A stretch of 64,000 nt of DNA from Phoronis australis (Eukaryota; Animalia; Phoronida): NCBI GenBank assembly GCA_002633005.1, contig NMRA01000584.1:192495-256494 (forward strand), written 5' to 3'. Made by a program: the position numbers and the translations under genes. Positions 11,275 through 24,894 of the stretch are shown here, in pieces. Position 1 is the first letter of the stretch. Every line of letters starts with the position of its first letter. The notes beneath the pieces are model-generated. The model worked only from the letters and a program-made list of their open reading frames with translations, searched no databases and was not told the origin of the DNA.

Positions 11275-12886
11275 ACCGCCGTATTTATCCACCTTGGCCG
11301 AGTCGCGCTCGGCTCACGATCAAAGGGATGCCGCCAAGCTGCTCTGTTCATCGAGTCACGAATGAGGATAATTGGCTTCGCTCATGCGGATATGATCAGC
11401 TAATTACATTCTACCTAGCAGACTGTACTTTTTATGGAGAGAGTTACAAGTAATTTTTACTGTAATATTTGAAAAGAGGAGCGAAAACAAATATGAGTAC
11501 AACTTTGAATTTTTCAAATCGGCCCAGGATAAGAGATTTTGCGGCAACACAGCAACACTCACGATTACTTTCAATCGGCGCACGAATACAAAAATATAGG
11601 ACCCAAGTTATTTAAATTTTGGAACACATGCATTACAATATTCAAAATACGTTTATTATGAATCTTACAAGCTGTAAAACGACGTTGTTTAATTTCATTG
11701 TGCTCATTCATTGTCATCCGTCAAATCGGCAATTTCCGAGATGTGATCTGCGGCATGCACGTAAGTGTACAAAACACGTGATTGTTATGTTCCTGAAGTA
11801 CGAAAATTAAGAAACTTTAGCATGCCGTTATTATTGACAGGGACACGATAAAACGAATTTGGATTTTGACTATAGTCTTGATACAGCGAGCTGGCTGACC
11901 ACTGCGTCAGTGTCTCCGTTAGACCCAGAAATTTCACACAGCCCGGGTAGTTCACTTCGTCCCCAACATGTAGATAGAGCCTTGGACTATAAATACTCCA
12001 CGGTAGAGCTAACGACCGTCGGCATGTGCATACAAAATCTGTGAGTTAACCAGCACTCACCTCGCACGTTGCAGCCGTTTAAATGAAAAAACAATCTAGT
12101 AAACGCCATTTTCCTGCATAATCCTCCGCGTTTTGTAACAAAAAAGTCTATCGTCGATGACCCACACACGCACGCTCCTGCACTCACGCTCATAAGCAGA
12201 CGAACTTCAAAACAAACGTCACGTGACAACAACATGTGTGTTCATCCAGAGATTTTTCTCGTGTTGTGGGGTACGATGTAGGGCAGATTTGCACTTAATC
12301 GCAATTAATCTGGACTCCACATGAACTTAACATCAGGAAGATTTCAGGTAATTTGTTGAGTCGAAACTATATTTTTATTCAAGAGTTCAAGTTTTCCTAT
12401 TGACGATGGCGATTCAGCGACGCATCAGTCGGCAAGTTTTCGCCCTGTGATGAGCACAATTTTTTGAAAAATTATCGTAATTTAACAACGGAAGTTCATA
12501 GCAATGCACCACAATTTTGTAGAAAGACTGTCATAGGCTAAAAATACGTCACAGAGCGTAAATTTTATGAATCCTAGCTACCGATTTTACCCGTTTGGGA
12601 AACCGGCTTTCAACTGCCGTAGACTACAATAAGAATCCCCTCTCTGTGAAATGAATTTTTCTGAGCGTTTATTAGAGCCAATACAGTATTCAGCTTTCCA
12701 CCAAGGCTAGGTGATGCTTCGGCATTAGTCTTTGTTGCATTAGTAACTGGTCTTGGCTAATTATCATTTTATGGCCTGGTCATCCATTCAGCCAAAAGTA
12801 GTTCTAGAGGTGGCTTATCAGCCAATTATTCACGCATGCTGACTCACAATAGAAGCCTGATAAGAGTGAAGGTGGATAAATGCGGT
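11275..12886. mobile_element. Possible IR-bounded non-autonomous DNA element
   Basis: CCGTATTTATCCACCTT at the left is inverted to AAGGTGGATAAATGCGG at the right; no TSD recognised. Confidence 0.35.
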
Positions 12887-13754
12887 GTTCCTACAGTTTC
12901 TTGTGCTAGTGGAAGTGTTCACGACATCGTGTTTTCTTTGCTTGTGCGGTATGCGGGGAGTTGAGGATACAGCTTTTGCAGACCTCTCGAACAATACCCA
13001 GTGCTTACAAAAATATTCTGATATACATGTACCTCAAATGTATCGTACTCATGCTCAGCTTACCGCCCACATCCGAAATTTTCAATGTTTTATTTTTATA
13101 AGCGCCCATTTGCTCGGCTTACCTCCCACCCCCAATTCTTCATGATCGAGACTTCCATAAAAGCGTGCTTTTGTGAAAATTCGTCGCACAAAACTAAGAT
13201 TCCAAAACGTGCGCAACTCGATTACCTTTCAGTGACGCAGTTTTAGCGAAACCGGGAACTTGCCATATTATGGCGGTAAAATGCCCGTATTCTTATGCTC
13301 TTTACTGAAGGAGACACAATTGTTTCCTTTGGCACTGAGACGGCGCTTGTCAAATGCATTTCATTGCCGTGGAAGAACCAACAAAGCGGTACTTGAAAGA
13401 AATTTCAAGCCCGAGGCCTACCTTTTTATGATTGCCCGTCACAGTACACGAAACATCACCAACCTGATCCGCAATGACAAATGGTACCCAGTCACATTGT
13501 TTTGAATAATAAAGCAGGTAAGAGCCATTGTGACAAGCAACTTGTCTCGCTGTTCCCTGTCTTGGTTAAAGACATGTTTTTAATGACTCACTCCTGAAAT
13601 CAAAATGGAAGCGCCCAATTAAAAGCAAAAGCGCAAGAAATCAACTTGTTATTAAGGAGGAGCAAATCTTTACAAAATCACATGCTTCCCTTAGAAATAC
13701 ATGGCAAACTAGCGGCGACTTGCGTGATCTTGCTTTTCTCTCAAGAAACTATAT

Positions 13755-15625
13755 CTATTTATTTCAACATTTAATGCCTTGGCCCACATGTTACATAAAA
13801 GTTACAGGATAACGCTGAGAAGCCTTTCCCTGAGGGCAGTGGCGTGAAATAAAAATTTCATTAGATTAATCTGAGCAATGGGCTCAGACATTTTCATTAG
13901 CTTTACAAATTTATGTTTATTTGGTTCACGCCAGCACCACTCGGGTATAAATGCAGTTCTCAGAGAACAATACTTTTTACAAACATGAAATAGTATTCAT
14001 CTTCAATTAGGGACACACATGGTATTTTTGGTCCACGAGAGCATGTCAACCTTTCTCTATCATCAAGTTGTGGTTAGAGCAACGTAATTTAGCCATAGCT
14101 ACTAAAAAGATATACAGAATATCGCGCAACCGATAAGATTCCTTTTCAAAATCAATTTTAAATGAGGAATATGTATTAAGTTTTGAGCTATTCTCCACAG
14201 CAAAGATCCAGTCTTGTAAAAACCAATCTTTAATTTGCTGCTCAAAAATGACAAGAAAAGATGCTTCGCAGCCAACTCCCTGATTGCCACCCCCATACCA
14301 ATCCAAAACCATTAAGTTTGCGGCAAATTCCTAACAGATGAAGCCCAATTTTTCTTACTAGCCTCATCCAATGCGACAAGCTTGTCATATACAGATTTTG
14401 GATTTCGATGTGCTGGTATTTTTAACAATTTAAACCAATACTTCATCAGTTTAACAAAGAACTTTACATAAATTGGATACATGCCCAGTTCTCCCAGGAC
14501 AGCATGATTTGGACAGTTACTTCGAACACCCAACAGCTGCTTATTGAATTTCAATTGGACGCGCTAAATACTAGAATAATCTCACTGCCATAGCTAATGA
14601 TTGTGTATACCATTTTATCAAAAATCTCGTGTGCAATTTTCGGTGAAAGTCGTCCACAGTTTGACTGAAAACGTTTAATTGAAAAAATTGGTTTTTGTGG
14701 CTGGTGAGTCAAAGTTTCCGTAGCTTGCGTCCCGACTAACTTTGGAGTAAGGTACTTACTTATATGATGAGACAACATCAATTTTGTTATTTTCAAAATG
14801 CCATTTTTCGTATTTTCTCAATGGTACGCCTTTTCTAAATACCATTATTTATATTTTTGTTTTTGTAAGGCTGACTTTCATACCCCAATCCTGACATTAT
14901 TCATGCAGAACGTTAATTTGCTGCTGTAGTTTAAATGCTGTTTCTGCACTATCAACCATGTCATCAGCGTATAGCAACATATAAATTTGAGGTACATTCT
15001 TGTTTACGTAAATTCCTCTATTTAAAGATTCTCTTAAGTAATCAACAAACTCGTTCAAATACATACTAAATAAAAAAGGACTAAGCATACACCCTTGGCG
15101 AGTACCAATATTATTACTGAAAAAGTCAGTTAACCCACGCTCAGTTCTTACACACGCTCTTAGCTTTGAATACATACTTTTCATCAATTTTATTCAAACG
15201 CTACCATGAATTCTTATTTTTTGTAGCCTAGTCCACAAAAATTTACGTGAAATACTGTCAAAGGCCCGAGAAAAAACCACGTAAGTAGCATAAAGTCTGC
15301 CCCTGCGCTTACTCAATTATGAGCAATTCCTTGTAAAGTAAAATTTGGTCTATTGTACTATTTCTAAAACCAGCCTGAGCTTCGTTAACTAAATCGTTAT
15401 CGTTGGCTCAACGTGTTAAACGAGCGTTTATAAGTTTCGTAAAAATTTTCTCGAGAACAGGCAGAAGTGAAATGCCCAGGTAATTATTTAGGTCATTGAC
15501 GTCCCCTTGCTTATGCAATGGACAAATTATAGCGCCACACGAGGACTGAGGAAATTCCCCTTCTCATTGAGCACTATTAAAAATGTTTGTCAAAACAGGT
15601 GTTATATAATCTTTGGTGGATTTAA
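13755..15625 (-). mobile_element. 5'-truncated, decayed LINE (RTEX-like) ORF2: RT and C-terminal region
   Basis: GTRQGCMLSPFLF, LLYADD, LLGVR..N.AVLGELG, KLRCSNHNLMIEKG, IEDEY motifs with stops/frameshifts; AATAAA on the - strand near 13760. Confidence 0.85.
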
Positions 15626-15787
15626 AGAGTATAACAAAATTATTTTTTTTTCTAAATGGATGTAAAGAAATCGACCCAAATGAAAAGAAGGTTACTTATT
15701 CGAAATAGTATCAAAATTTCTTTTTACTATTAAGTCTCTTTGTGTGAGTCGATATACACAAAACGTACCGAGAGTGGTAAGGGCAGT

Positions 15788-15900
15788 AAGCGACACCCCA
15801 CCTGCCTTCACGGCCACCCATACGAATCCCATGCAGACAAAGAGGCAAGCGACACATCACCTGCCTTCACGGCCACCCATACGAATCCGCAGACAAAGAG
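15788..15900. repeat. Two tandem copies of a ~58-bp unit
   Basis: AAGCGACAC..CACCTGCCTTCACGGCCACCCATACGAATCC..GCAGACAAAGAG twice. Confidence 0.8.
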
Positions 15901-16790
15901 TCAACTACTGTGAAGTCGTCACAGTGGTGAGCACTGTTGTTTGGTAAATGTTGACAAGTATGTTTTTCAGCTTGTTCAAGTATAGTCTCAAAAATGTTTT
16001 CTGGTCCCTTCCATTATGTCGTGTTGTATTGAAAATGAGATGAGCAACTATGATGAATTTGAATGAAGTCTGCAGAACTTTGGTTGCGCTGAACAGTTAG
16101 GCTACGGCCATGGGGAATTTTCTAGTTCCTAGAATTTATGTAAAGGGCGCGTGTCAGGTTTGGCGGATGGTTTGAGGAATATGTTGCAATTAATTGCAAC
16201 GAAATTGATCTACTTGTGTTTTTGAATGAGAAAAGCCAAGTTTCTTAGCCCCTACCTACGTTTGATGCAAAATGGTGGCTGTCATTTGCTTTCAACCCCT
16301 GTCGCCTGCTGCCTGAGAAACCGGGTCCGATATCAGATGGCTGTCAGACAGATCAAAATTGCCAAAAAGTAGCTGTTAAGGGGCATACTATGACCACATT
16401 TTTAGAATCTAGAGAGTTCGAGCATTCTGGATCTGTAGTCAGATTTTTCTAGCACTTGCAGGGAAGTGTTAATTTTGGGAAGAAAACTGTCAAATTTGGT
16501 GTTTTTTAGTAATACTTTTGTGAGCCGGGATTTTTTCCGATGTGAATTAACGGATTAAAAATTTGTGGCATAATTAAGTTTCAGTTATCATGAGTAGGCC
16601 TAGTGCTTCTGAGTTGGGAATGCAACTAAACCCTTTGTTTTTTCAGACTCTTGAGGAAATGACTCATCTCTACTTCGGTGTGCTTCGGCAGCCAAAAGCC
16701 TGTAATGACTATAGTGTGCCCCCATAAGCTTTACCCGACACCGTGTGGTTTGTCGGGTAAAATGGCGGCTTGGAAACGCAGACCATGCGT

Positions 16791-16933
16791 GCGTTCAGTA
16801 GACGCTAGGACCTACGCTAGGACCTAACTAAAATCTAGTCAAAGTCACGTGTTTGTATTTAAAATACACGGCAATATCTCACGTAATCTCGTGAAGTCTT
16901 GCTTTTTAGCGAGGTCCTAGCGTTACTGAACGG
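16791..16933. mobile_element. Small MITE upstream of the fasciclin gene
   Basis: CGTTCAGTAGACGCTAGGACCT inverted to AGGTCCTAGCGTTACTGAACG. Confidence 0.6.
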
Positions 16934-17379
16934 GAGGCATGATAGTATCTACGCGCAATTAAGGTGTGTCAATGAGAATGCTGTGATCTGATTGGTCAGT
17001 TAAGCCGTCACCCAAACCCTGCAGAAAGGTCAATTTTCGCCCACTACTACTTGGTTTGGTCGCTATAGCAGCTGGTCATGATTAAACAAACGTCTCCCCA
17101 GAAGACCACACTAGCCGATGTTAAACTGTTAAGGGCCGTCGTGTAAGTGTAAAAAACTGTTTCATGCATATTGAAAATTTTAACTCTCAGATAGTCTATC
17201 TGAGTTTAACTGTAGTACTTGCGTGGCAATATTTCTCCGCATTCTCTCAGCCCAAATGAACGCTTGCAAGTACACAGTTTAAGAATATCAAGCACTATTA
17301 CGCTTACTCTACGCTAGATGAGACACGCAGAAGTTATAGATTTATTTTCTATCCAGTTTCTCGACAGACGTCTGCAGCG

Positions 17380-17501
17380 ATGGCACAGTGGAGTTTGGCA
17401 GTGGGGATTTTCTTTGGCGTTTTCACTATTTGCGCTGGCCAAAGATCAAGACTAGCAGCTTTTCGATGGCGAAGTGGGTACTCGTTGCCTTGGCGGGACG
17501 G
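17380..17501 (+). CDS. TGFBI/POSTN: TGFBI/periostin-like protein, exon 1 (signal peptide)
   Basis: MAQWSLAVGIFFGVFTICAG hydrophobic leader; GG|gtaagt donor; splicing to exon 2 yields the conserved GPNVC. Confidence 0.8.
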
Positions 17502-18116
17502 GTAAGTACATGATTATATAACCTTCGGTTGGTAATCCTTTTCTGGGAGGCAAATTCGTCCTCAGGCTATTAATGCTTCAGGCGTAAGAAACCTAAAAGT
17601 TCAAATAAGCCTGCTCATTGTTTGAAACGAAGTTACTAAGCAACTTTGCAGATTTGTCTGACACAAATAGATTTGAGAGTGGAACAAAGAGATGCTTTAA
17701 GTTAAACATGTCAAAGAAAAAAAATAAATAGATGAAATCTTCAACGACCATAAAGCAAAATTACTCGTACTTAGTTCTTACTCGTGACAAAATGATGATC
17801 GAACACTGAACCCGATGCAACTCGCGCATAACCTCCGAAACGATTTGGAAATTTAGATTTTGCTTTTGAATATCGTGTAAACCTGCTGTGAATGCAGATC
17901 AGTTCAGTAGTAGCTGAGTACCAATCGGTGTTAATCATGATGTTCGGTTGTTTAAGTGTTTTTTCTTCCTAAAAATGAGCTTTTGATTTATACCACTTAT
18001 CGTTATAAAATCCATCTTGTCATCTTGTCACTTAAGTCAGATTAGAAAGGATTTATACTAAGTGACAGAATTTCTTATCATTCAAACTTAAGTTAATGAA
18101 TTCGTCACGGCTTGTT

Positions 18117-18234
18117 ACGGCGTCATCATTACAGGGCTCACGACGTCATCATTACAGGGAACACGACGTCATCATTACAGGGAACACGACGTCATCATTA
18201 CAGGGAACACGACGTCATCATTACAGGGAACACG
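18117..18234. repeat. Minisatellite, 5 x 23 bp (CGTCATCATTACAGGGAACACGA)
   Basis: Near-perfect tandem copies in intron 1. Confidence 0.9.
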
Positions 18235-20041
18235 GCCACTGAGTCCTTTCCACTAATTCTCATCTGCAGTAGGGAAACGTTAAGTTTCACATAGCGGCAC
18301 ATCATTTTTGAATTAAAATACAATTTTGGCAGAAATAGGGTTTATAGAAATTTTAACATTTTACAATGATCACGTGACACCCCACTTGTGTATCTGCTAT
18401 GGACGCTTACGGAATTAATTACAGGAACAAGTGTTTTTGATGCAAAGCAGTTTACTGACCATCTCATACAGGGTCAATACGGTAATTCACTCAAAGTACA
18501 GCTCGATGTAGTATCCGCAGTGTCTAAAGCACTGTCCACATGTCGTAAAGCAATCGACTGCAAACCTATTTCGAGTTCTCATATAGGCCAATAGAAACAT
18601 ACGAGGTTTAGGTAATGTTCACACATTCCCACCCATTTAGACTAAACAAACAGCTTCCAACTGCCCACTGTAAATTGAGACCACCTAAACTTATTTTTGA
18701 ATAGGAAATGAACACGTGATATTGTTGACTTTTCAATGAGTACTAAATTGAATGCATTTGTTCCAAAGTGTTTCCTAATTTGCAAAATATGCTAAGCTAC
18801 AGACCATTGCTCATTGTCAAAGGCTTGAAATGTGTATTAGTAACGTTCATCTCGGGTTTTAGTGCCTGGCAATTTATACACTAGGTCTAGGCCTTAAACA
18901 TCTCCACTGCATGAACTTTTACGAGAATGCTGGCCATGCATTTAGTGACAGAAACTGATATATCTATAGAAGCTGTTTAGAAACCAGAATTACATGTATA
19001 AAAACAAAACAGGAAAAATTAAAATAAAAATGAACTCTCCCTATTTCATGTGACGAGCGCCCGCAACATGTGCTGTTCGCTCCTTCAAATTTTGTGCCAA
19101 CAAATTGAATTTACTTGTGAGAAAAACGACCATCTGACTTTGACAGTTTGTCCTCAAATTCAGTACCCTCTCAACATGAGCCATCAACGAAAAATCATGG
19201 TTCAACGCCCAGCTCTATATACATCAATGATCTGGAACAAGGCTGTGGGATGTTTGGGATGGTTGTTTAGGCCGAAACAATGTAGATCCTTTTAAAATAA
19301 TATCTCTTGTTTGGGATGACTGCTTAAGCCGAAAACAACGTGGAATCTTCTAAAATATTATCTATCTTTTCAAATCAACTCTTGGTCTTCCCGAGTGCAC
19401 AACTTTTGTCTTCAAAAGGATTTATACCGGGACAGAAGCATTTGCTATCCGATTTGACTTGTTGAGCAAATCCTGTTGCTATGGTTATATTTTTTAAGTC
19501 AACTATGTGCACTGTACTTAACCCAGTCAGAGTGAACATGCTTAAGGCAAACTCCTGGTTTCAGTAAAACTTGTGCTGGTCACGTCCGATGTACGTGTAG
19601 TGATAGGACGGTCCAAGTTGGACACCTGGCTGACATTCCTAACGAGAAAACCGTCTGCACACTAACGCCTCACTTTCACGTATCTGATGAATCTGGTTCA
19701 ATGACTTAGGATTGTTGTACAGGGTGAACCCAAGTGCCTGTTTTAACTGTATGGTTAACTATTTCTGTGGCCTATCGATGCATTATGTAACATTTTACCA
19801 ATTAAATCCTGTGCAATTTTTCATTAGTGCTGAGTTCAGTGGCAGGGGGCTTTGCGAGGTCAACTAATGAGAAAACATAAACCACAGCACGCACTCAACG
19901 GAAAAAGCATAATACAGGGATAATCCAAGAACGTTCTGTGGATGTACTTGAACACGAGACTGAGAGTAAATTTGAGTAAAACAACAATAGACTTCACGAG
20001 GTTAAATATTTCTACGACTGAACTTTTTCCGTGACAAAAAC

Positions 20042-20692
20042 CAGGGCTTAATTTCTGAGGCAGAGTGTATTAATTGTCTACTAACTTGGACAAAATGGAA
20101 ACGATGGCCAACGAAAAAAAAAAACGCTGGGCAAAAATTGAGGTCCATTCAAAAAAGAGTATCCAAGAAGTTTCATCCGGATTCATCCGAAGTTCACTTT
20201 CTGTGATTCAGTTGTTCAACACTTTTGTGGATTTCAATTTCGGGTTTTCCTTCACTTTTTAAAGCACGTTTCTCCTGCCAAAAAGCAAAAAAAATCGCGG
20301 ATGTTCTGTGGAAAACCTGAATGGATGAAGAATATCATGTTGACACATAAAGCTGACTTTAGGCGGGTACACCATATGACTAAATGTGCGCTAGCGTTTA
20401 GAAGTTTCCTGCTTCAAATACCACTCCATTTTAAATACGACTCGGATCACCAGTTCCCGTGTTATCAACATAGTTTTAAATCAGTGAATGACATGACAGT
20501 GGTTTATTCTTTGGTATGGTTTCATTCCATCTGGAATGGTGGAGTTCACTGACGGGACCTTAAGTAGAGCAATGAACTTGCTGTGAGCCTACTTCAGCGG
20601 GTATACGAAAAACTAAACACCAAGTGACCAGAAAGCTACAGAAAATGTTTAGCTTCGTGGTTTAAAAAAGTCAGAAATTAAGAATTGCCCTG
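20042..20692. mobile_element. hAT-like non-autonomous element
   Basis: CAGGGCTTAATTTCTGA inverted to TCAGAAATTAAG(AATT)GCCCTG; no TSD recognised. Confidence 0.45.
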
Positions 20693-20819
20693 GTAGAAGC
20701 CAGTGCCCAGTTTGTCACATACTTGAACACCGGACCCTAAGCAAAAACTTTTCGAACGGACAAAGTTACTGCCGAAAAGTTTTGAAGAAAAATCGTCACA
20801 TTACGACTAACTCCGTTCA

Positions 20820-21465
20820 GGCCGTATTTCTGACGATACCGGTTTTAGAGGCGTGATATCAATCTTTCTTTTGTTAATCGCCAGACTCAGTCTTTTATCT
20901 GATGTCACGACAAAAACGCCAATTATCTAACAGGCTGAATGAATACATTAATATAACTAAGCGTCGACTCAAAACTGTTGTTAAGAAATAAAAACCTATC
21001 GCAGCGTTTTGGCTATTTTTATTGCATTTCTTCCGCAAAAGAAGGATTCAACACTAACTTTACACGAGCGATATCAACTTCAGAAGACGAGCACATTACA
21101 AAAATACCTGCTTCTCTCCTTAACATTTCAATTTATTTCAGCCAGTGTTATATTGCCGGGAAGGCATAGCTAATGCAATAATTGCCCTGTACAACACAAT
21201 AGTAGGTCATAGAAAAAATTGTGATATCAAGGGCCGACGACGACACCGATTTTCCCTAGTTGCTGTAGAGAAGCATTGTCCAACTTCAAGATACCAGTGA
21301 ACGGGCCGGTTTCCTACTGATTTTCGGAAACAATGTTTAGGCATTTTTCACTGATGAGGCATCCCACAACGTGACAAACAACTAAGTGTACATGTATGCA
21401 TTCGTTTGCAAAAAGTTTGTAGTAGGGTAATATAAAATAACACAAAGCTATGATTTTGCGTAGTT
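20820..21465. repeat. Dispersed repeat, related to 57450-58005
   Basis: Co-linear blocks GACTCAGTCTTTTATC, GTGATATCAAGG, GTAGAGAAGC, CAGTGAACGG, ATGATTTTGCGTAG. Confidence 0.65.
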
Positions 21466-21690
21466 GGATCCCTTGCAAAAATATTTCGCACTAACTTTGT
21501 GTGGAATGGTCATCTGCCCTGAGTTCTACTAGCTGAGGAAGCTGTCAGCTCAGAACCCAAATCCATGTTTGGAGCAGAAAAAGAACAGTAAGATAAAGTT
21601 GAAGCTCGTGAAGTATTAACCATGGGTTGCAATGATTATAGCAGACTATATAGCTGAATTTAGATGCAGTTTTGTAAAGTTAGCTATCGA

Positions 21691-22990
21691 TTTTATGTAC
21701 GTGGGTGCATTATGCCGTCATCCCCGCCCATCCGTCCTTCCGGCGTCCGCTATCTCAAAACTGTTAATGGATGTTCGGGAAATTTTGTAGACATGACCCA
21801 ATTATGGAGCGAATTTTCAGACATTTCCGAATACCGATTTTCCAACTAGTGGCATTTTTATTTTTATATTTGCCTCTGGGGCTTCCTTGTATAAAATCTT
21901 TGCTCGGAGTCTCTCGTTTTCGGGTGGATTCGGTGTATTCTGCGCCACGTAGTGACGGTATCTGCTTTTCTTGTCTTGAGCTAGATTTTAGTGGCCATTT
22001 TTTATTATTTCCGAATCTGTTTTTTGGCGTCCGTCTCGCTGATCTAAGAAACCACTTAGTAGATCATTATCAAAATTATCATGTGTTCATATTGCGAAGC
22101 GTGCATCTGTAAATGAGTCCGACGACTCTGGTCTCAGCGACACCACGTAGCTCTATCACTCATACCACTTTCAGGATATTTGTTGACTTTCCTTGGTGTT
22201 TTTTGTCACGTGACAGCTGTTGACGATGACATGCGGACGGATGTGACCACCGTTGTACCCCTAGTGTGAAATTAATTTTTATCTTTGTTATTTCCTCCGT
22301 GTGTTTGGAGTTTCTTTACGATTTTATGAAAACATAGTTTTGTATTAAAGAAACGATAAGACCTGCCTATTTCATCTGATGTATTCGACGTACTGTGCGG
22401 TAGCTAGTGGCCATTTCGAATTATTTTAAGTCTAATGCTTGGCGTGTACCTCTCTTTCGGTGAAAGATTATTATGAAAATTGTAGTATTGTTTGTACTGG
22501 AATGTGCATGACTGAGACTGAGTTCGACTGCTGTGGTGCTCTCTTGTGGAAATTTTTTGCCAGTGACAAATTCCTCGGTGGATCTTTGTTATTAAATTTG
22601 GCACATTGGGGAGAATACAACCTGCCGTGGATTTTGGAACAAATCAGAGTCACCCAGTGACAATTTTTTTTATTTTATTAAATTCCTTGATGGACGTTCA
22701 AATATGTTATCACGCAGACACCCTGTGTCAAATGGATTTCACCTACCTTGCGCCCCCTTACGGTCCGTCTTTTGTTTTGGGTCCTTTGTCAGCTGCCTTC
22801 CTTTCCTTAGTCCACACTTCTTGAAGAATCATTATGAAAGGTGGCAGGTCTGTTGAGGAGAGCATTTCTGACTTGCTTTGATCCACCTAGAGGCTGCTAT
22901 TATATTTACTAACGTCACTCCGTTCAGTAAGAATGTTCAGTCACTCATGACCATCTCTTGGGTCTGCGCTGTATGCAATGCCATGCACTC
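21691..22990 (+). mobile_element. HINE family 1, copy C (diverged, 3' end eroded)
   Basis: GTGGGTGCATTATGCCGTCATC head, GTCC tract and monomers in similar order to copies A and B. Confidence 0.7.
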
Positions 22991-23309
22991 GCGGTTGGTC
23001 CGCTTCTCTAGTTGGAGTTGGTACAGCGGTGGCGTTTCGAGATGCTAACTGAACTGCATGTACTTTTTTAAATTTGCAACATTTGCTTAATTGATAACTG
23101 AGAATTTTTGTATGGTATCTAGTATTTTGGTTTAGCCAAGTCATTGTCCTTGAGTAGCGCCTAATAAACGAATTAGTAAAGTAGTTTGCGGGGATTGATG
23201 TAAATTTTTATTGGGTTTCAATGTACAATGTGTGAATTTCCTTTGCTACTGTGTCCTCTACACAGTTCTCAGAGGTGCGTATTTGCGCCCATACGCGTTG
23301 AATCAGTTG

Positions 23310-23690
23310 AGTGCAATACGGCCATGTGATACATGGGCTGCGCACTATAGCGGGCTGGGGGGCTATAGCCCCCACTTTTTTCAGTGCTACGCCGCACATG
23401 ATCTATAGACGGTGCACCACAGGCGAGATAAAGGGGCTTTTTTTAGTGCTGCGTCGCCCATGTGATACTGTTTTCCGTATTCCCCTACCGCACTACTTCA
23501 ACAGTGCCCTCTGTTATAGAAAGTTCAAAAGGTAGGCCAATGTCGACTCGACGTCGTTAGTTGGTCCGATCATCAAACTTCCCAAAATAGTTTGAAATAA
23601 TACAATTGCAGTAGTATGAATAACGCTCAACATGCAATCAAGTCCCAAACGTAATATCTGGAACAAAACTGTTAGTTATATGACACTTAT
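23310..23690. repeat. Dispersed repeat (inverted homolog at ~56200-56450) with a nested small CATGGG..CCCATG MITE
   Basis: CAATGTCGACTCG, CCCAAAATAGTTT and CTCAACATGCAA blocks are reverse-complementary to 56240-56420; nested element flanked by TGATA. Confidence 0.6.
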
Positions 23691-24894
23691 GCCTGACAGT
23701 TTTCAATTGCTAAATATTATATCGTCTACAACTCAGGCACGGGTCCCTCGGTAGCTACAATATCAATTATTGTTGTTGATTAACTTTTTTTCTGGAGATG
23801 TTACAAGTTCAATGCACAATTACCGTTGTTTTCATCTTTGTTATCTCTTTTCAAGTAATAAATCGTTATATGTAAAAGTGTTTCTTTTACAAGAGAAAAC
23901 TTGCAACCTGCATCCCAAGTACATACACATGAAATGTGAACCGCCTCCTGAACAGTCTGGGCGAAGTATTTAACAAGATGTGCCGAAAAAATAAAAGAAA
24001 CTTAGGAATTTGAAGCGTATGGGATAAATACAAAACGTACCATGATTGGCTTAGATGAAGTAATATCCAGATCGACATTATTCTGCGTATCGACCTCGAC
24101 CTCCGGTTTCTGTGGATACGCGGAATAATAGCTCGTCAGGGATATTACTTCATCTACGCCACTCTCGGCACGTTTTGTGTATGTCCCACCTTTCTTGCGC
24201 TTGGTAGTCCTTGATGACAAATGCCTCTGTCCCGATCACTGAATTATCCATGTTTTATATGATGCACTTCTTGTGCAAAACATGTTCAACTTGCTAACTA
24301 GTGAGTGAGAAGGTGGGTCAGATTTTGTTGTAGTGAGTTACTTATTTTGTATGTATTGAGTTTTCTTTTCACATTGTTACATGACTTATATGGCCAAATG
24401 TGGTTGTCTAGCAATTGCAACATGTCAGTTGAATTGCAATATGATAGTTAAATTGAAATTATTTGTAGCTATTTTTTAAGCTTATATCTACCGTAAAGTG
24501 TCATCAAATTCGAACAAAAATAGTGGAAATGTTTTTTTTTTCCATTTTCTAACGCTCACTGTATCGCCAAAATGTTCAAAATTTAATTGAGTGTTTTTTA
24601 TGACATTCGTAAAGTTTTCAAATAATCATGTAAGTTTTGTGCTTGTTTGAAATTTTGATAAAATAAAAGTTCAGTGTTCGGCCACAATGTGTTGTATAAT
24701 TTTAAAAAACTTAACCGTAATTTAGCGTTTCGTCAAAAAGATTTTTAATATAGACCATTTACCTCTGTAAAACTAGTCCGTCACACATTGTTTCTCACTT
24801 TGATGAGAAGCGGTTTCTGGGCTTCGACTATACAAACGCTTCATTGATCTTGAGACCATGTGTTATAAAGTACACTGAGACCATGCGTTATTAA

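Noticed and set aside
17341-17356. Acceptor-like tract before the fasciclin ATG as a trans-splice site
   Set aside because: Equally consistent with an initiator element or an ordinary 5'UTR intron; sequence alone cannot distinguish them
18117-18234. CRISPR-like repeat or coding ORF (RRHHY repeats)
   Set aside because: Spacer-less tandem repeat; the ORF is a by-product of it
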